Positions 50,510 through 58,633 of a stretch of DNA of 64,000 nucleotides are shown piece after piece. The position numbers and the translations under genes were made by a program. Position 1 is the first letter of the stretch; each line of letters starts with the position of its first letter. Below the pieces are notes generated by a model. The model saw nothing but the letters and a program-made list of their open reading frames with translations. It was not told where the DNA came from and searched no databases. Source of the stretch: an uncultured delta proteobacterium (lineage in GTDB: Bacteria; Desulfobacterota; Binatia; Binatales; Binataceae); NCBI GenBank assembly GCA_963724765.1, contig CAVRVY010000002.1, positions 64,001 through 128,000 on the forward strand, in the 5' to 3' direction.

Positions 50510-50736
50510 GGTGCGCGCGCAGCGGACGCCCCAGCGCGCGCATGTGCCGCGCCCGCGTGCCTGCATACACCTGCCGCGCGTGAATGGCCGGCCGTACCAG
50601 CGGCGGGTCGGACGCCGTTGATACGGCCGCCCTCAGGCGTGTCAGCTTTGCAAAGCAGCGCCACGGCCGGCACGCTCAGGGCGCGCCGGCCGTGGCGCCG
50701 CGATAATCTATGTTTTGAGTGCCGGGATCGCGGGCG

Positions 50737-52125
50737 CTACAGCCCCAGCCGTTTCATCAACCGGTACAACGTGGTGCGGTCCACGCCGAGGGTGGTCGCC
50801 GCGATCGCGCGGTTACCCTTGGCGGCGTCGAGTGCGGCGCGAATACGCGAGACGGCGGCGCGGTCAAGATAGGCTTGAAGTGTTTCATTGGGCTCCGCCG
50901 GCTCGTCGGTCTCGGAGGCGGGCTCGATGTCGCCTTCGAGCGCAAAGGCGTCAGGGGTCAGGACTTCGGCCCCGCTCATGACCACTGAACGCTCGATCAC
51001 ATTTTCCAGTTCGCGTACGTTGCCGGGCCATAAGTAGTTGACCAGCGAGCGCTCGGCCTCGGACGAGAGCGTGATTGGGCGTCCCGCCTGCGCCGTGTAG
51101 TAGGCGAGAAAATGACGCGCCAGCGGCAGGATGTCTTCGCGCCGTTCGCGCAGCGGCGCGATTTTGACCGGGATGACGTTGAGGCGGAAGTAGAGGTCGG
51201 CCCGGAAGCGGCCGGCAGCGACTTCGTTGCGCAGCATCCGGTTGGTCGCTGCGACGATTCTCACGTCGACCTTGCGCGACTTCGAGGCGCCGACGCGCAG
51301 CACTTCCCCGTCCTCGAGCACGCGCAGCAGCTTGGCCTGGAAATCCGTGCCCGCCTCGGCGATCTCGTCGAGGAACAGGGTGCCGCCTGAGGCGCGCTCG
51401 AAGCATCCGGCGCGGGCTGCGATTGCGCCGGTGAAGGAGCCCTTCTCGTGGCCGAACAACTCGCTCTCGACCACGCCGTCGGCGAAGGCCTTGCAGTTGA
51501 CCGCGACGAAGGGGCCGTCGGCGCGGGCGCTCCAGTAATGGAGCATGCGCGCGATTAGCTCCTTGCCGGTGCCACTCTCGCCTTCGATAAGGGCGGTCGA
51601 GCGCGACGGCGCCACCCGGCGGATCATCGCGACCAGTTGCTTGCTCTGCAAGCTTTCGGCGATGAAGCCGGCCGCCGTGCTGGCGACGTCGAGCTGCTGA
51701 CGCAGGCGGCGGTTCTCGCGTTGTAGCGAGCCCATCTCGATCGCCCGCGCGACGGTCTTGACCAGTGCGTCCGCGCTAAGCGGCTTCGTCATGTAGTCGA
51801 AGGCGCCCTCACGCATCGCGGCAACCGCCGAGCTGACGCTGTCGTCGGTCGCAAGCAGGATCACCGACACGTCAGGACGCCGCGCCCGCACTCGGCGCAG
51901 CAATTCCAGCCCGTCCATCCCAGGGCCGCGCACGGCCGCGATGATAACTTCGCAGCCTTGCTCGGCCGAGGCGAGCGTCGCGTCGCTGGTCGGGCAAATC
52001 TCGGTATCGTAGCCTTCCTCGTCGAGCGCTTTGGCAAGAAAGCGCGCCGCGCCCTCGTCGGTCTCGACGATCAGGACCCTCGCGCGATAAGCCTCTACCG
52101 CTACTGCGCTTAAGCCTTCAGACAT
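50737..52125 (-). CDS. Sigma-54-dependent enhancer-binding protein with pseudo-receiver domain
   Basis: [39 protein letters not shown], Fis-type HTH; receiver has Ala at the phospho-Asp position. Confidence 0.92.
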   Translation of the reverse strand: MSEGLSAVAVEAYRARVLIVETDEGAARFLAKALDEEGYDTEICPTSDATLASAEQGCEVIIAAVRGPGMDGLELLRRVRARRPDVSVILLATDDSVSSAVAAMREGAFDYMTKPLSADALVKTVARAIEMGSLQRENRRLRQQLDVASTAAGFIAESLQSKQLVAMIRRVAPSRSTALIEGESGTGKELIARMLHYWSARADGPFVAVNCKAFADGVVESELFGHEKGSFTGAIAARAGCFERASGGTLFLDEIAEAGTDFQAKLLRVLEDGEVLRVGASKSRKVDVRIVAATNRMLRNEVAAGRFRADLYFRLNVIPVKIAPLRERREDILPLARHFLAYYTAQAGRPITLSSEAERSLVNYLWPGNVRELENVIERSVVMSGAEVLTPDAFALEGDIEPASETDEPAEPNETLQAYLDRAAVSRIRAALDAAKGNRAIAATTLGVDRTTLYRLMKRLGL

Positions 52126-52249
52126 TAGCGTATGGCCCGATCTGGCACGGCTTATTGAGCATACTGGTGCATAATTGCGCACACTGTACCGCATGTCAAC
52201 ACTTCTGCGCTCGTATTCGTGCCTCGGTATTCGCGAGTCCCAGGGCCAT

Positions 52250-52265
52250 GTTGCCGACCCGCAAC
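52250..52265. promoter_or_regulatory. Palindromic site GTTGC-N6-GCAAC (copy 3) upstream of the activator gene
   Basis: GTTGC CGACCC GCAAC, 125 bp upstream of ATG 52125. Confidence 0.6.
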
Positions 52266-52616
52266 GCATTGGAAAACCCATAATTCACTCAAAAAACCCA
52301 GTGTTCATTGGCTGCTTGGGACATCGAATGCGGGGCCAAATCGCCGGCGTTGCAGAATGTCCCGACGCTTCCGATGCCGCAAGTGTGCCGTTTTCGGCCG
52401 ACGACTCGCTCACTCACGAGAGGGGCTATACGCGAGATGTGTGCCAACGGTGCTGTGGCAATTCGTGATCAGACTGTTGAGGAACCGCAACACACCATTC
52501 CCCTGCGCGCCAAGGGCTTCCTCTTCGATACGATCGTCGCTACTCGATCTCGAGCCACGGCGCGCGGGGGTAGCAACAGTGAGTTGCGATGCGTGCGCAA
52601 TACGTGAGGGACTGAA

Positions 52617-52692
52617 TGGCTCCCCGGGCCGGATTCGAACCAGCGACTTGACGGTTAACAGCCGTCCGCTCTACCGACTGAGCTACCGGGGA
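52617..52692 (-). tRNA. tRNA-Asn (GTT)
   Basis: 76 nt; TCCCCGG acceptor stem, D-arm AGCTCAGTCGGTAGAGC, anticodon loop CTGTTAA, GGTTCGAATCC, encoded CCA. Confidence 0.97.
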
Positions 52693-52821
52693 GCACGCGA
52701 GCAGGCCCTATTTTGGTAACCGCATGGCGGCACGAAATCAAGCGCACCGTCCGCCTGCCGCCGCGCGGCATTGTTGGCGCATCGTACATCGATCGGTGAT
52801 AATCCTTGCGAGGGAGCCGCG

Positions 52822-53112
52822 ATGGGCGAGGTTATCCGTCTCGAAGAGATCGACCGTGAACGCCGTCGCAGCCGCGCCCGCGTGGCCGAACGTGCGCACC
52901 TGGAGCGCGCGGTCGCGCTGCTCAGGCAGAACCTGGCGACTGCGGCCGAGGCGTTGCGCGACGCGCCGGACGGACCGGCGCAGACCGAGTTGCTCGGACG
53001 TATCGAGCGGTTCGCGGCGATGATCCGCTACGGCCTGCGGATGCTCGGCGAGGCGCCCGCCGACGGGCTTGACGGCCCGTATGTCTCAGACAACCCCGTC
53101 GCCGGACGTTAG
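52822..53112 (+). CDS. Small helical hypothetical protein
   Basis: GGGAG RBS; MGEVIRLEE...; genome-like codon usage. Confidence 0.65.
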   Translation: MGEVIRLEEIDRERRRSRARVAERAHLERAVALLRQNLATAAEALRDAPDGPAQTELLGRIERFAAMIRYGLRMLGEAPADGLDGPYVSDNPVAGR

Positions 53113-53131
53113 AGGCCGCGGTCAGCGCGGG

Positions 53132-53902
53132 CTAGCGCAGTTTTTTGCCGCTGCGGCGCTTGGCTTCGGCGGCCTCGAAGCCGCCCTCGGAGAACCATCG
53201 TATCTGGCGCGCGACGCCGCTTAGGATGTCGAGTTCGCGCACGCCAATCCCCGCGCGGCCCAGGATCGCGCGCAGGGCGAACATGATGTGCTCCGGGTTT
53301 TCGGCCGGCAGGAATCCGATCGACACTAGCGCCTCGCTCAGCCGCTCGATCATCGCGTCCACGGCGACGGCCGGCGCATGAGGCTCGGCCAACGGTATCT
53401 CGCGCGCCGCCCCCGCCGCCATCATCAGTTCGTACGCGACCAGCACCACGGCCTGCGCAAGATTGAGCGACGGGTAGGCCGGCGCGGTTGGAATCGTGAC
53501 CAGACGCTGGCAAAGCTTCAGCTCACGGTTGACCAGCCCCGTGTCCTCGGGACCGAAAATTATAGCAACGCGATTGGCGGCGGCCTCGGTGACGAGTTGC
53601 GCCGCCGCCTCACGCAATCCGACCACGCCAGAGCGATACAGGCCGGGCCGGCAGGTGGTGCCGACGGCGAGCGTACAGTCGGCGAGCGCGTCGCCAAGGC
53701 TCTCGTGGCGTCCCGCGTTGCGCAGCACGTCGCCCGCGTGCACCGCCATCGAGGCGGCGGCGCGGCCGTCGGCGGCGGCCCTCGGCGCGACCAGGCGCAG
53801 GTCGCCAAGGCCCATGTTCTTGAGCGCGCGTGCGGCCGAGCCAACGTTGCCCGACTGCAGCGGCCGCACCAGCACGAAGGCGAAATTCCCGAGCACGTCC
53901 AT
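53132..53902 (-). CDS. trmJ: TrmJ/LasT family SPOUT RNA methyltransferase
   Basis: GNVGSAARALKNMG, IFGPEDTGL, SLNLAQAV. Confidence 0.88.
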   Translation of the reverse strand: MDVLGNFAFVLVRPLQSGNVGSAARALKNMGLGDLRLVAPRAAADGRAAASMAVHAGDVLRNAGRHESLGDALADCTLAVGTTCRPGLYRSGVVGLREAAAQLVTEAAANRVAIIFGPEDTGLVNRELKLCQRLVTIPTAPAYPSLNLAQAVVLVAYELMMAAGAAREIPLAEPHAPAVAVDAMIERLSEALVSIGFLPAENPEHIMFALRAILGRAGIGVRELDILSGVARQIRWFSEGGFEAAEAKRRSGKKLR

Positions 53903-54022
53903 CAGGGCTGAATCTTACCCGTTGCGCTTGCACCCTGGAACGCCGCAACTGCGGGGTCAGCATAACGTGCGGCGATTGATGAAAAACGCTATCGTGGCTG
54001 CCAGCGCGCATGCGCAGCCACG

Positions 54023-54679
54023 ATGAAGATAATCTCATTCGGCGATGTCCATATGGCCACGCGCAACCTCGAACGCATGGGCGAGGTGATGCGCGATACG
54101 GACCTGGTGATAATCTCGGGCGATCTCACCAACTTCGGCGGCGAGGCCGACGCGCGCAAGGTGATCGACGACGTGCGCCAGCGATGCTCCAACGTGCTTG
54201 CGCTGCCGGGCAATCTGGACCGGCGCGAGGTTATCCCGTTTCTCGAGCGCGAGGGCGTGGCGCTGCACGGCCGCGGGATGGTGCGTGACAGGGTGGCGAT
54301 TTTCGGATGCGGCGGCTCCAATATCACGCCCTTCAACACCCCGACCGAGCTTAGCGAAGACGAGATCTACGCGACGCTGATGGCCGGTTACGAGCAGGTG
54401 CGCGGTCATCGCCCGCTCCTGATGATTTGCCATACGCCGCCGTTCGAGACGCGATGTGACCGAATCGTCGGCGGCAAGGCGGTGGGCAGCACCGCGGCGC
54501 GCCGCTTTATCGAGGAGGTCAAGCCCGACGTCTGCATCTCCGGCCATATCCACGAGTCGGCCGGCGTCGACGCGATTGGACCCACGCGGGTGCTCAACGC
54601 GGGCCCCTTCAAGGGCGGCGGCTATATAGTTGTACGCAGCGCCGGCGAGGCGCTCGACGCGCAGCTGGAGTTTCTTTGA
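54023..54679 (+). CDS. Calcineurin-like metallophosphoesterase
   Basis: GDVH, GDLT, PGNLD, HTPP, GHIHE. Confidence 0.9.
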   Translation: MKIISFGDVHMATRNLERMGEVMRDTDLVIISGDLTNFGGEADARKVIDDVRQRCSNVLALPGNLDRREVIPFLEREGVALHGRGMVRDRVAIFGCGGSNITPFNTPTELSEDEIYATLMAGYEQVRGHRPLLMICHTPPFETRCDRIVGGKAVGSTAARRFIEEVKPDVCISGHIHESAGVDAIGPTRVLNAGPFKGGGYIVVRSAGEALDAQLEFL

Positions 54680-54847
54680 GGTCCCGCCGCTCTCGCGCGT
54701 ACAACAATCGGCCGGCGTCTACTACGGCAAGCTGGTCAATGGCAGGAGCTTGGTGCTCAAGGGATGGTCGGCGCTGCTGCGCCGCTTCATCTTGGGGCGG
54801 CTGTAGGACCACGGCATGGACGCGCGGCACAGGGACGATAGCACGAA

Positions 54848-55588
54848 ATGTTGAGGATGATATTTTTCGATGGAGCCGGAACGCTCTTTCATACCCGCGA
54901 GCCGGCCGGATCGAGCTATGCGAAAATTGCGCGGCACTTTGGCGTGCAGGCCGACGAACGGCTGGTAAGCGACTCCTTCAGGCGCGCGTTCGCGGCGGCG
55001 TCTGGACTCGCCTTCGGTCCCGGTCACGAGGCCATGAGGCTCCGCCAGTTGGAGCGCGAATGGTGGCATCGTCTGGTAAGAGCAACTTTCGCGGGTATCG
55101 GCGAATTCGCCGACTTCGAGGCCTACTTCGACGCGCTGTTCGCCTTCTTCGCCGACCCGGCGAACTGGACCTGCGATCCCGATGCGTCGGTGCTGCTGAC
55201 GGCTCTGCGCGAAAGCGGGCTTGAGCTGGGGGTGATTTCGAACTTCGACTACCGCATCTACGCCATCCTCAAGGCGCTCGGGCTCACGCGCTATTTCGAC
55301 TCCATAACGATTTCGTCCGAGGCCGGCTACGCGAAACCGGCGCCGGAGATTTTTCGGATAGCGCTCCAGCGCCATTCATTGCCGGCGGCGGAGGCGCTCC
55401 ATGTCGGCGACTCGGAGGCGCTGGACGCGGCCGGGGCGCGCGCAGCGGGCGTTGGGGCCGTGCTGATAGACCCGCAAGTCTCTGCGCTGGGCGAGAAGCG
55501 GAAACCGCCGCTCTCGCAGGGCCGTTGTGTCCGGGTACGATCGCTGGGCGAGGTCGCCGCGGCGCTCGGTCAACTTGGTTTCCCTTGA
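54848..55588 (+). CDS. HAD-IA family hydrolase
   Basis: FDGAGTL, ISNFD, AKPAPEIF, HVGDS. Confidence 0.9.
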   Translation: MLRMIFFDGAGTLFHTREPAGSSYAKIARHFGVQADERLVSDSFRRAFAAASGLAFGPGHEAMRLRQLEREWWHRLVRATFAGIGEFADFEAYFDALFAFFADPANWTCDPDASVLLTALRESGLELGVISNFDYRIYAILKALGLTRYFDSITISSEAGYAKPAPEIFRIALQRHSLPAAEALHVGDSEALDAAGARAAGVGAVLIDPQVSALGEKRKPPLSQGRCVRVRSLGEVAAALGQLGFP

Positions 55589-55785
55589 CTGCGAGACGCA
55601 AACCGGTTGCGGCAGGATTGACCTCTGTAGCTTGAGCAGCGCATATAGTATCGCCGTTGGTAGTTCCGGGTGTGCGGCCTGAACGAGATCGTTCAGGCGA
55701 AATGCCCGCGAGGGCGATTTGTAGAAGCAATCATTGCTATGAGCGTTGCCGCGTATATCTGATTCATCCGTTGCGGGCGAGAGCG

Positions 55786-56613
55786 ATGGTAAGGAATCTG
55801 AACGATACTTCGGAGGAGCCCTCCTCTGACTTAATGCCGGGGGCTGACAAAAAGTATGTTCACCAGGATCAAACGGGAGCGGATTCACGCGATCAACTGA
55901 TCGCCGAACTGCGTGAGGCGGTCCGCGCTCGCGACGATTTTCTCGCCGTCGTGGCGCATGAATTGCGCAATCCCCTCACTCCGATTCTGCTTTGCGTGCA
56001 GCTTATCCGCGTGGCTGAGCAATCCGGAGACGGCGTCAGAGCCAGTTCAGAGCTCGATCGGCTCGAGCGTCTCATCAAGCACTTTAGTGCACGCACTACC
56101 ACGCTTCTCGAAGTCGCACAGTTTAGCTCGAACAAGTTCCATCTGAAGCCGTCCGAGCTAAACCTGTCCGAACTGATAAAGGGCATTGTCAGCGACTATA
56201 TGCCCATGATCCATCGTAGCGGCTCGGAGCTGACAACTAGTATTCAAAATGGAGTAATCGTCCATCTTGATGAGCTGGCAATTTCGGAAATCGTGGAAAA
56301 TCTGCTCTCCAACGCGACCAAATATGGCGAGCACAAACCTATAGGACTAAGTTTGATCGCTGCTGGCGATTTGGCGCAGATAATCGTTCACGACCATGGA
56401 ATTGGCATTGACGACAAACATAAAGAACGCATTTTCGAGCGGTTCGAACAAGTCGTTGAAAGCCAGGGCCGCGCTGGCTTCGGAATTGGTCTATGGCTCA
56501 CTCGCAAATTGGCGGAATCGATGGGCGGCTCTATCACCGTGATCGGCGAGCCTGGCGCAGGCTCCCTTTTTACCGTAACGCTGCCGACTAAACCTCGGGA
56601 AATCGATGACTAG
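55786..56613 (+). CDS. Cytoplasmic histidine kinase (HisKA plus HATPase, no sensor domain)
   Basis: VAHELRNPL, NLLSNATKYG, DHGIGI, GFGIGL; start uncertain. Confidence 0.88.
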   Translation: MVRNLNDTSEEPSSDLMPGADKKYVHQDQTGADSRDQLIAELREAVRARDDFLAVVAHELRNPLTPILLCVQLIRVAEQSGDGVRASSELDRLERLIKHFSARTTTLLEVAQFSSNKFHLKPSELNLSELIKGIVSDYMPMIHRSGSELTTSIQNGVIVHLDELAISEIVENLLSNATKYGEHKPIGLSLIAAGDLAQIIVHDHGIGIDDKHKERIFERFEQVVESQGRAGFGIGLWLTRKLAESMGGSITVIGEPGAGSLFTVTLPTKPREIDD

Positions 56614-58069
56614 TAAAAATTATCATCAGCTCACGCGCGTACCTTCGGGCGTAAGAGGCCTCGACGACGTCCTACGCGGCGGCTTTTTTGGCGGTGGCCT
56701 GTATATCATCGAAGGCCCGCCCGGAGCCGGCAAAACCATTCTGGGGAATCAAATTTGCTTCAATCAGGCATCGGCGGGAAGAAAAGTCCTCTACGTCACG
56801 CTGATTGCCGAAACCGTCGGCCGCATGCTGCTCAACATAAAAAGCCTGACCTTCTTCAACGAAGACCAGGTTGGCGACAGCATCGTCTATGTCAGCGGCT
56901 TTAGCGCGCTGAAAGAAAAGGGCCTGAGCGGACTGCTCCATCTGTTGCGAAAAGAGGTCGCGGCGCGCAAAGCGACCATGCTGGTCGTCGACGGATTCGC
57001 TTCGGCTTCCGACCATGCACGATCCCCCGAAGAGCTGAAGCTCTTCGTGCAACAGCTGCAAACTCAGGCCGACGCCGCCGATTGCACGGTTTTTCTGTTG
57101 ACCAACCCAACTGAGCATACGCCGTCGTCAGAGGAAACTATGGTGGACGGCATCATCAATCTCAGAACTACTATTTATGAATGGCGCTCGGCGCGTGAGT
57201 TGTGCGTGCGCAAGTTTCGCGGCAGTAGCTATCTTCAGGGCGTTCATTCCTACGACATTAATGAAGATGGGTTCGCTGTTTATCCGCGATTAGAAACGCT
57301 TATCAGCCCCAACACTGGCGTCAATGGCGAACTAGGGAGAATTTCGTCCGGGAATTCCCGTCTCGATGAAATGCTGGGCGGCGGATTGCCCTCTCGCTCA
57401 TCCACTATGCTCATCGGGCCTTCCGGCACCGGCAAGACCACTTTGGGCCTGCAATTTCTTTCGCTATCCGCTGCCGATGAACCCGGGCTGCTCCTCACCT
57501 TTTACGAAACGCCGGCGCGTATTTACCTGAAAGCGAAAGCGAGCTTTCCCTCCATGGCGGAACAGCTCGATGCGGGCCACGTGCAAATACTATGGCAGCC
57601 ACCCACGGATCTATTGCTCGATGAACTCGCAGACCGGATGCTTCGCGACATCAAGCGCAGTAAGGTCAAGCGGTTGTTGATCGATGGACTCGGGGGTTTC
57701 AAAAAAGCTCTTCGCTCGAGACCGATCGAGCCTTTCTTTTCTGCATTGGTCCATGAATTGCGTGCGCACGGAGTCACCACGATCTGCACCGCCGAGGTAA
57801 TGGAGATAGTGGGGCCGACAATCACCGTGCCGCTTCAAGGCTTGTCTGACGTGATCGATAACCATATCGTCTTGCGCTTCGTCGAGTCGGGCGCGAGTCT
57901 GTACCGGGTCCTATCCGTATTGAAAGTGCGCGACAGCGCTTTCGATTCCGATTTGCGCCAGTTTTCCTTCTCAGCCCGGGGCATCGAAGTAGCCGAAAAC
58001 TCCGCGAGTGCGAAATCGATCCTGCCTCGCGTGTCTCCGAAAAACGAGCCCAAGCTGACTCAAGAATAA
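56606..58069 (+). CDS. KaiC-like duplicated RecA-fold ATPase
   Basis: Two domains: SGVRGLDDVLRGG...GPPGAGKT...KFRGS and SGNSRLDEMLGGG...GPSGTGKT...KVRDS. Confidence 0.9.
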   Translation: MTSKNYHQLTRVPSGVRGLDDVLRGGFFGGGLYIIEGPPGAGKTILGNQICFNQASAGRKVLYVTLIAETVGRMLLNIKSLTFFNEDQVGDSIVYVSGFSALKEKGLSGLLHLLRKEVAARKATMLVVDGFASASDHARSPEELKLFVQQLQTQADAADCTVFLLTNPTEHTPSSEETMVDGIINLRTTIYEWRSARELCVRKFRGSSYLQGVHSYDINEDGFAVYPRLETLISPNTGVNGELGRISSGNSRLDEMLGGGLPSRSSTMLIGPSGTGKTTLGLQFLSLSAADEPGLLLTFYETPARIYLKAKASFPSMAEQLDAGHVQILWQPPTDLLLDELADRMLRDIKRSKVKRLLIDGLGGFKKALRSRPIEPFFSALVHELRAHGVTTICTAEVMEIVGPTITVPLQGLSDVIDNHIVLRFVESGASLYRVLSVLKVRDSAFDSDLRQFSFSARGIEVAENSASAKSILPRVSPKNEPKLTQE

Positions 58070-58086
58070 GAGATGAGTTGGGGCGT

Positions 58087-58497
58087 ATGCGGAAGAACAA
58101 GGCCGGTTCGGCTAAGAAGACAATCCTGATTGTCGATGACGAATTTGGAATTCTCGAGGTCCTCGAATCCATCCTTAGCGACGCCGGTTTCAAGGTCATC
58201 AGCGCAATCAACGGGCAGGAGGCGTTGACCCGCCTGCAAGAGACCATACCGGACCTCGTTATCGTCGATTTCATGATGCCGCTTCTGGACGGCGCGGGGG
58301 TTATCAAGGCTATGCGCGCGGACGCCAGACTTCGCGCCGTACCTGTGCTCCTGGCCAGCGCACTGCCCGAGAAAACCATCAGCGAGCGCTGCACCGGTTA
58401 CAACGCTTTCCTGCGTAAACCCTACAAGACCGAGCGCTTGATGGAAGAAATTTCCAGATTGCTCGATCGATCTTCGTCTTCGTCGACAATGTCGTAA
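58087..58497 (+). CDS. Single-domain response regulator
   Basis: ILIVDDE, IVDFMMP, LAS, RKP. Confidence 0.92.
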   Translation: MRKNKAGSAKKTILIVDDEFGILEVLESILSDAGFKVISAINGQEALTRLQETIPDLVIVDFMMPLLDGAGVIKAMRADARLRAVPVLLASALPEKTISERCTGYNAFLRKPYKTERLMEEISRLLDRSSSSSTMS

Positions 58498-58633
58498 TCC
58501 TGGACTCTGGTATCGACCGGCTTGCAAACACTCTATATTTTCATCCTTAATCAACTCGGGCTGCGACCGGACGGATGCCTGGTGCCCTGCGGCCGTTTGC
58601 CGGAAACTTAGGGTGGTGCAGGAATTGACGCGA

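Noticed and set aside
39550-52692. Tad locus as a genomic island integrated at tRNA-Asn
   Set aside because: The tRNA 3' end faces the locus, but I found no integrase and no duplicated tRNA 3' end at the other side.
56606-58069. Circadian clock kaiC
   Set aside because: No kaiA or kaiB in the window, single rather than double catalytic Glu motifs, and no ST phosphosite pair; called KaiC-like only.
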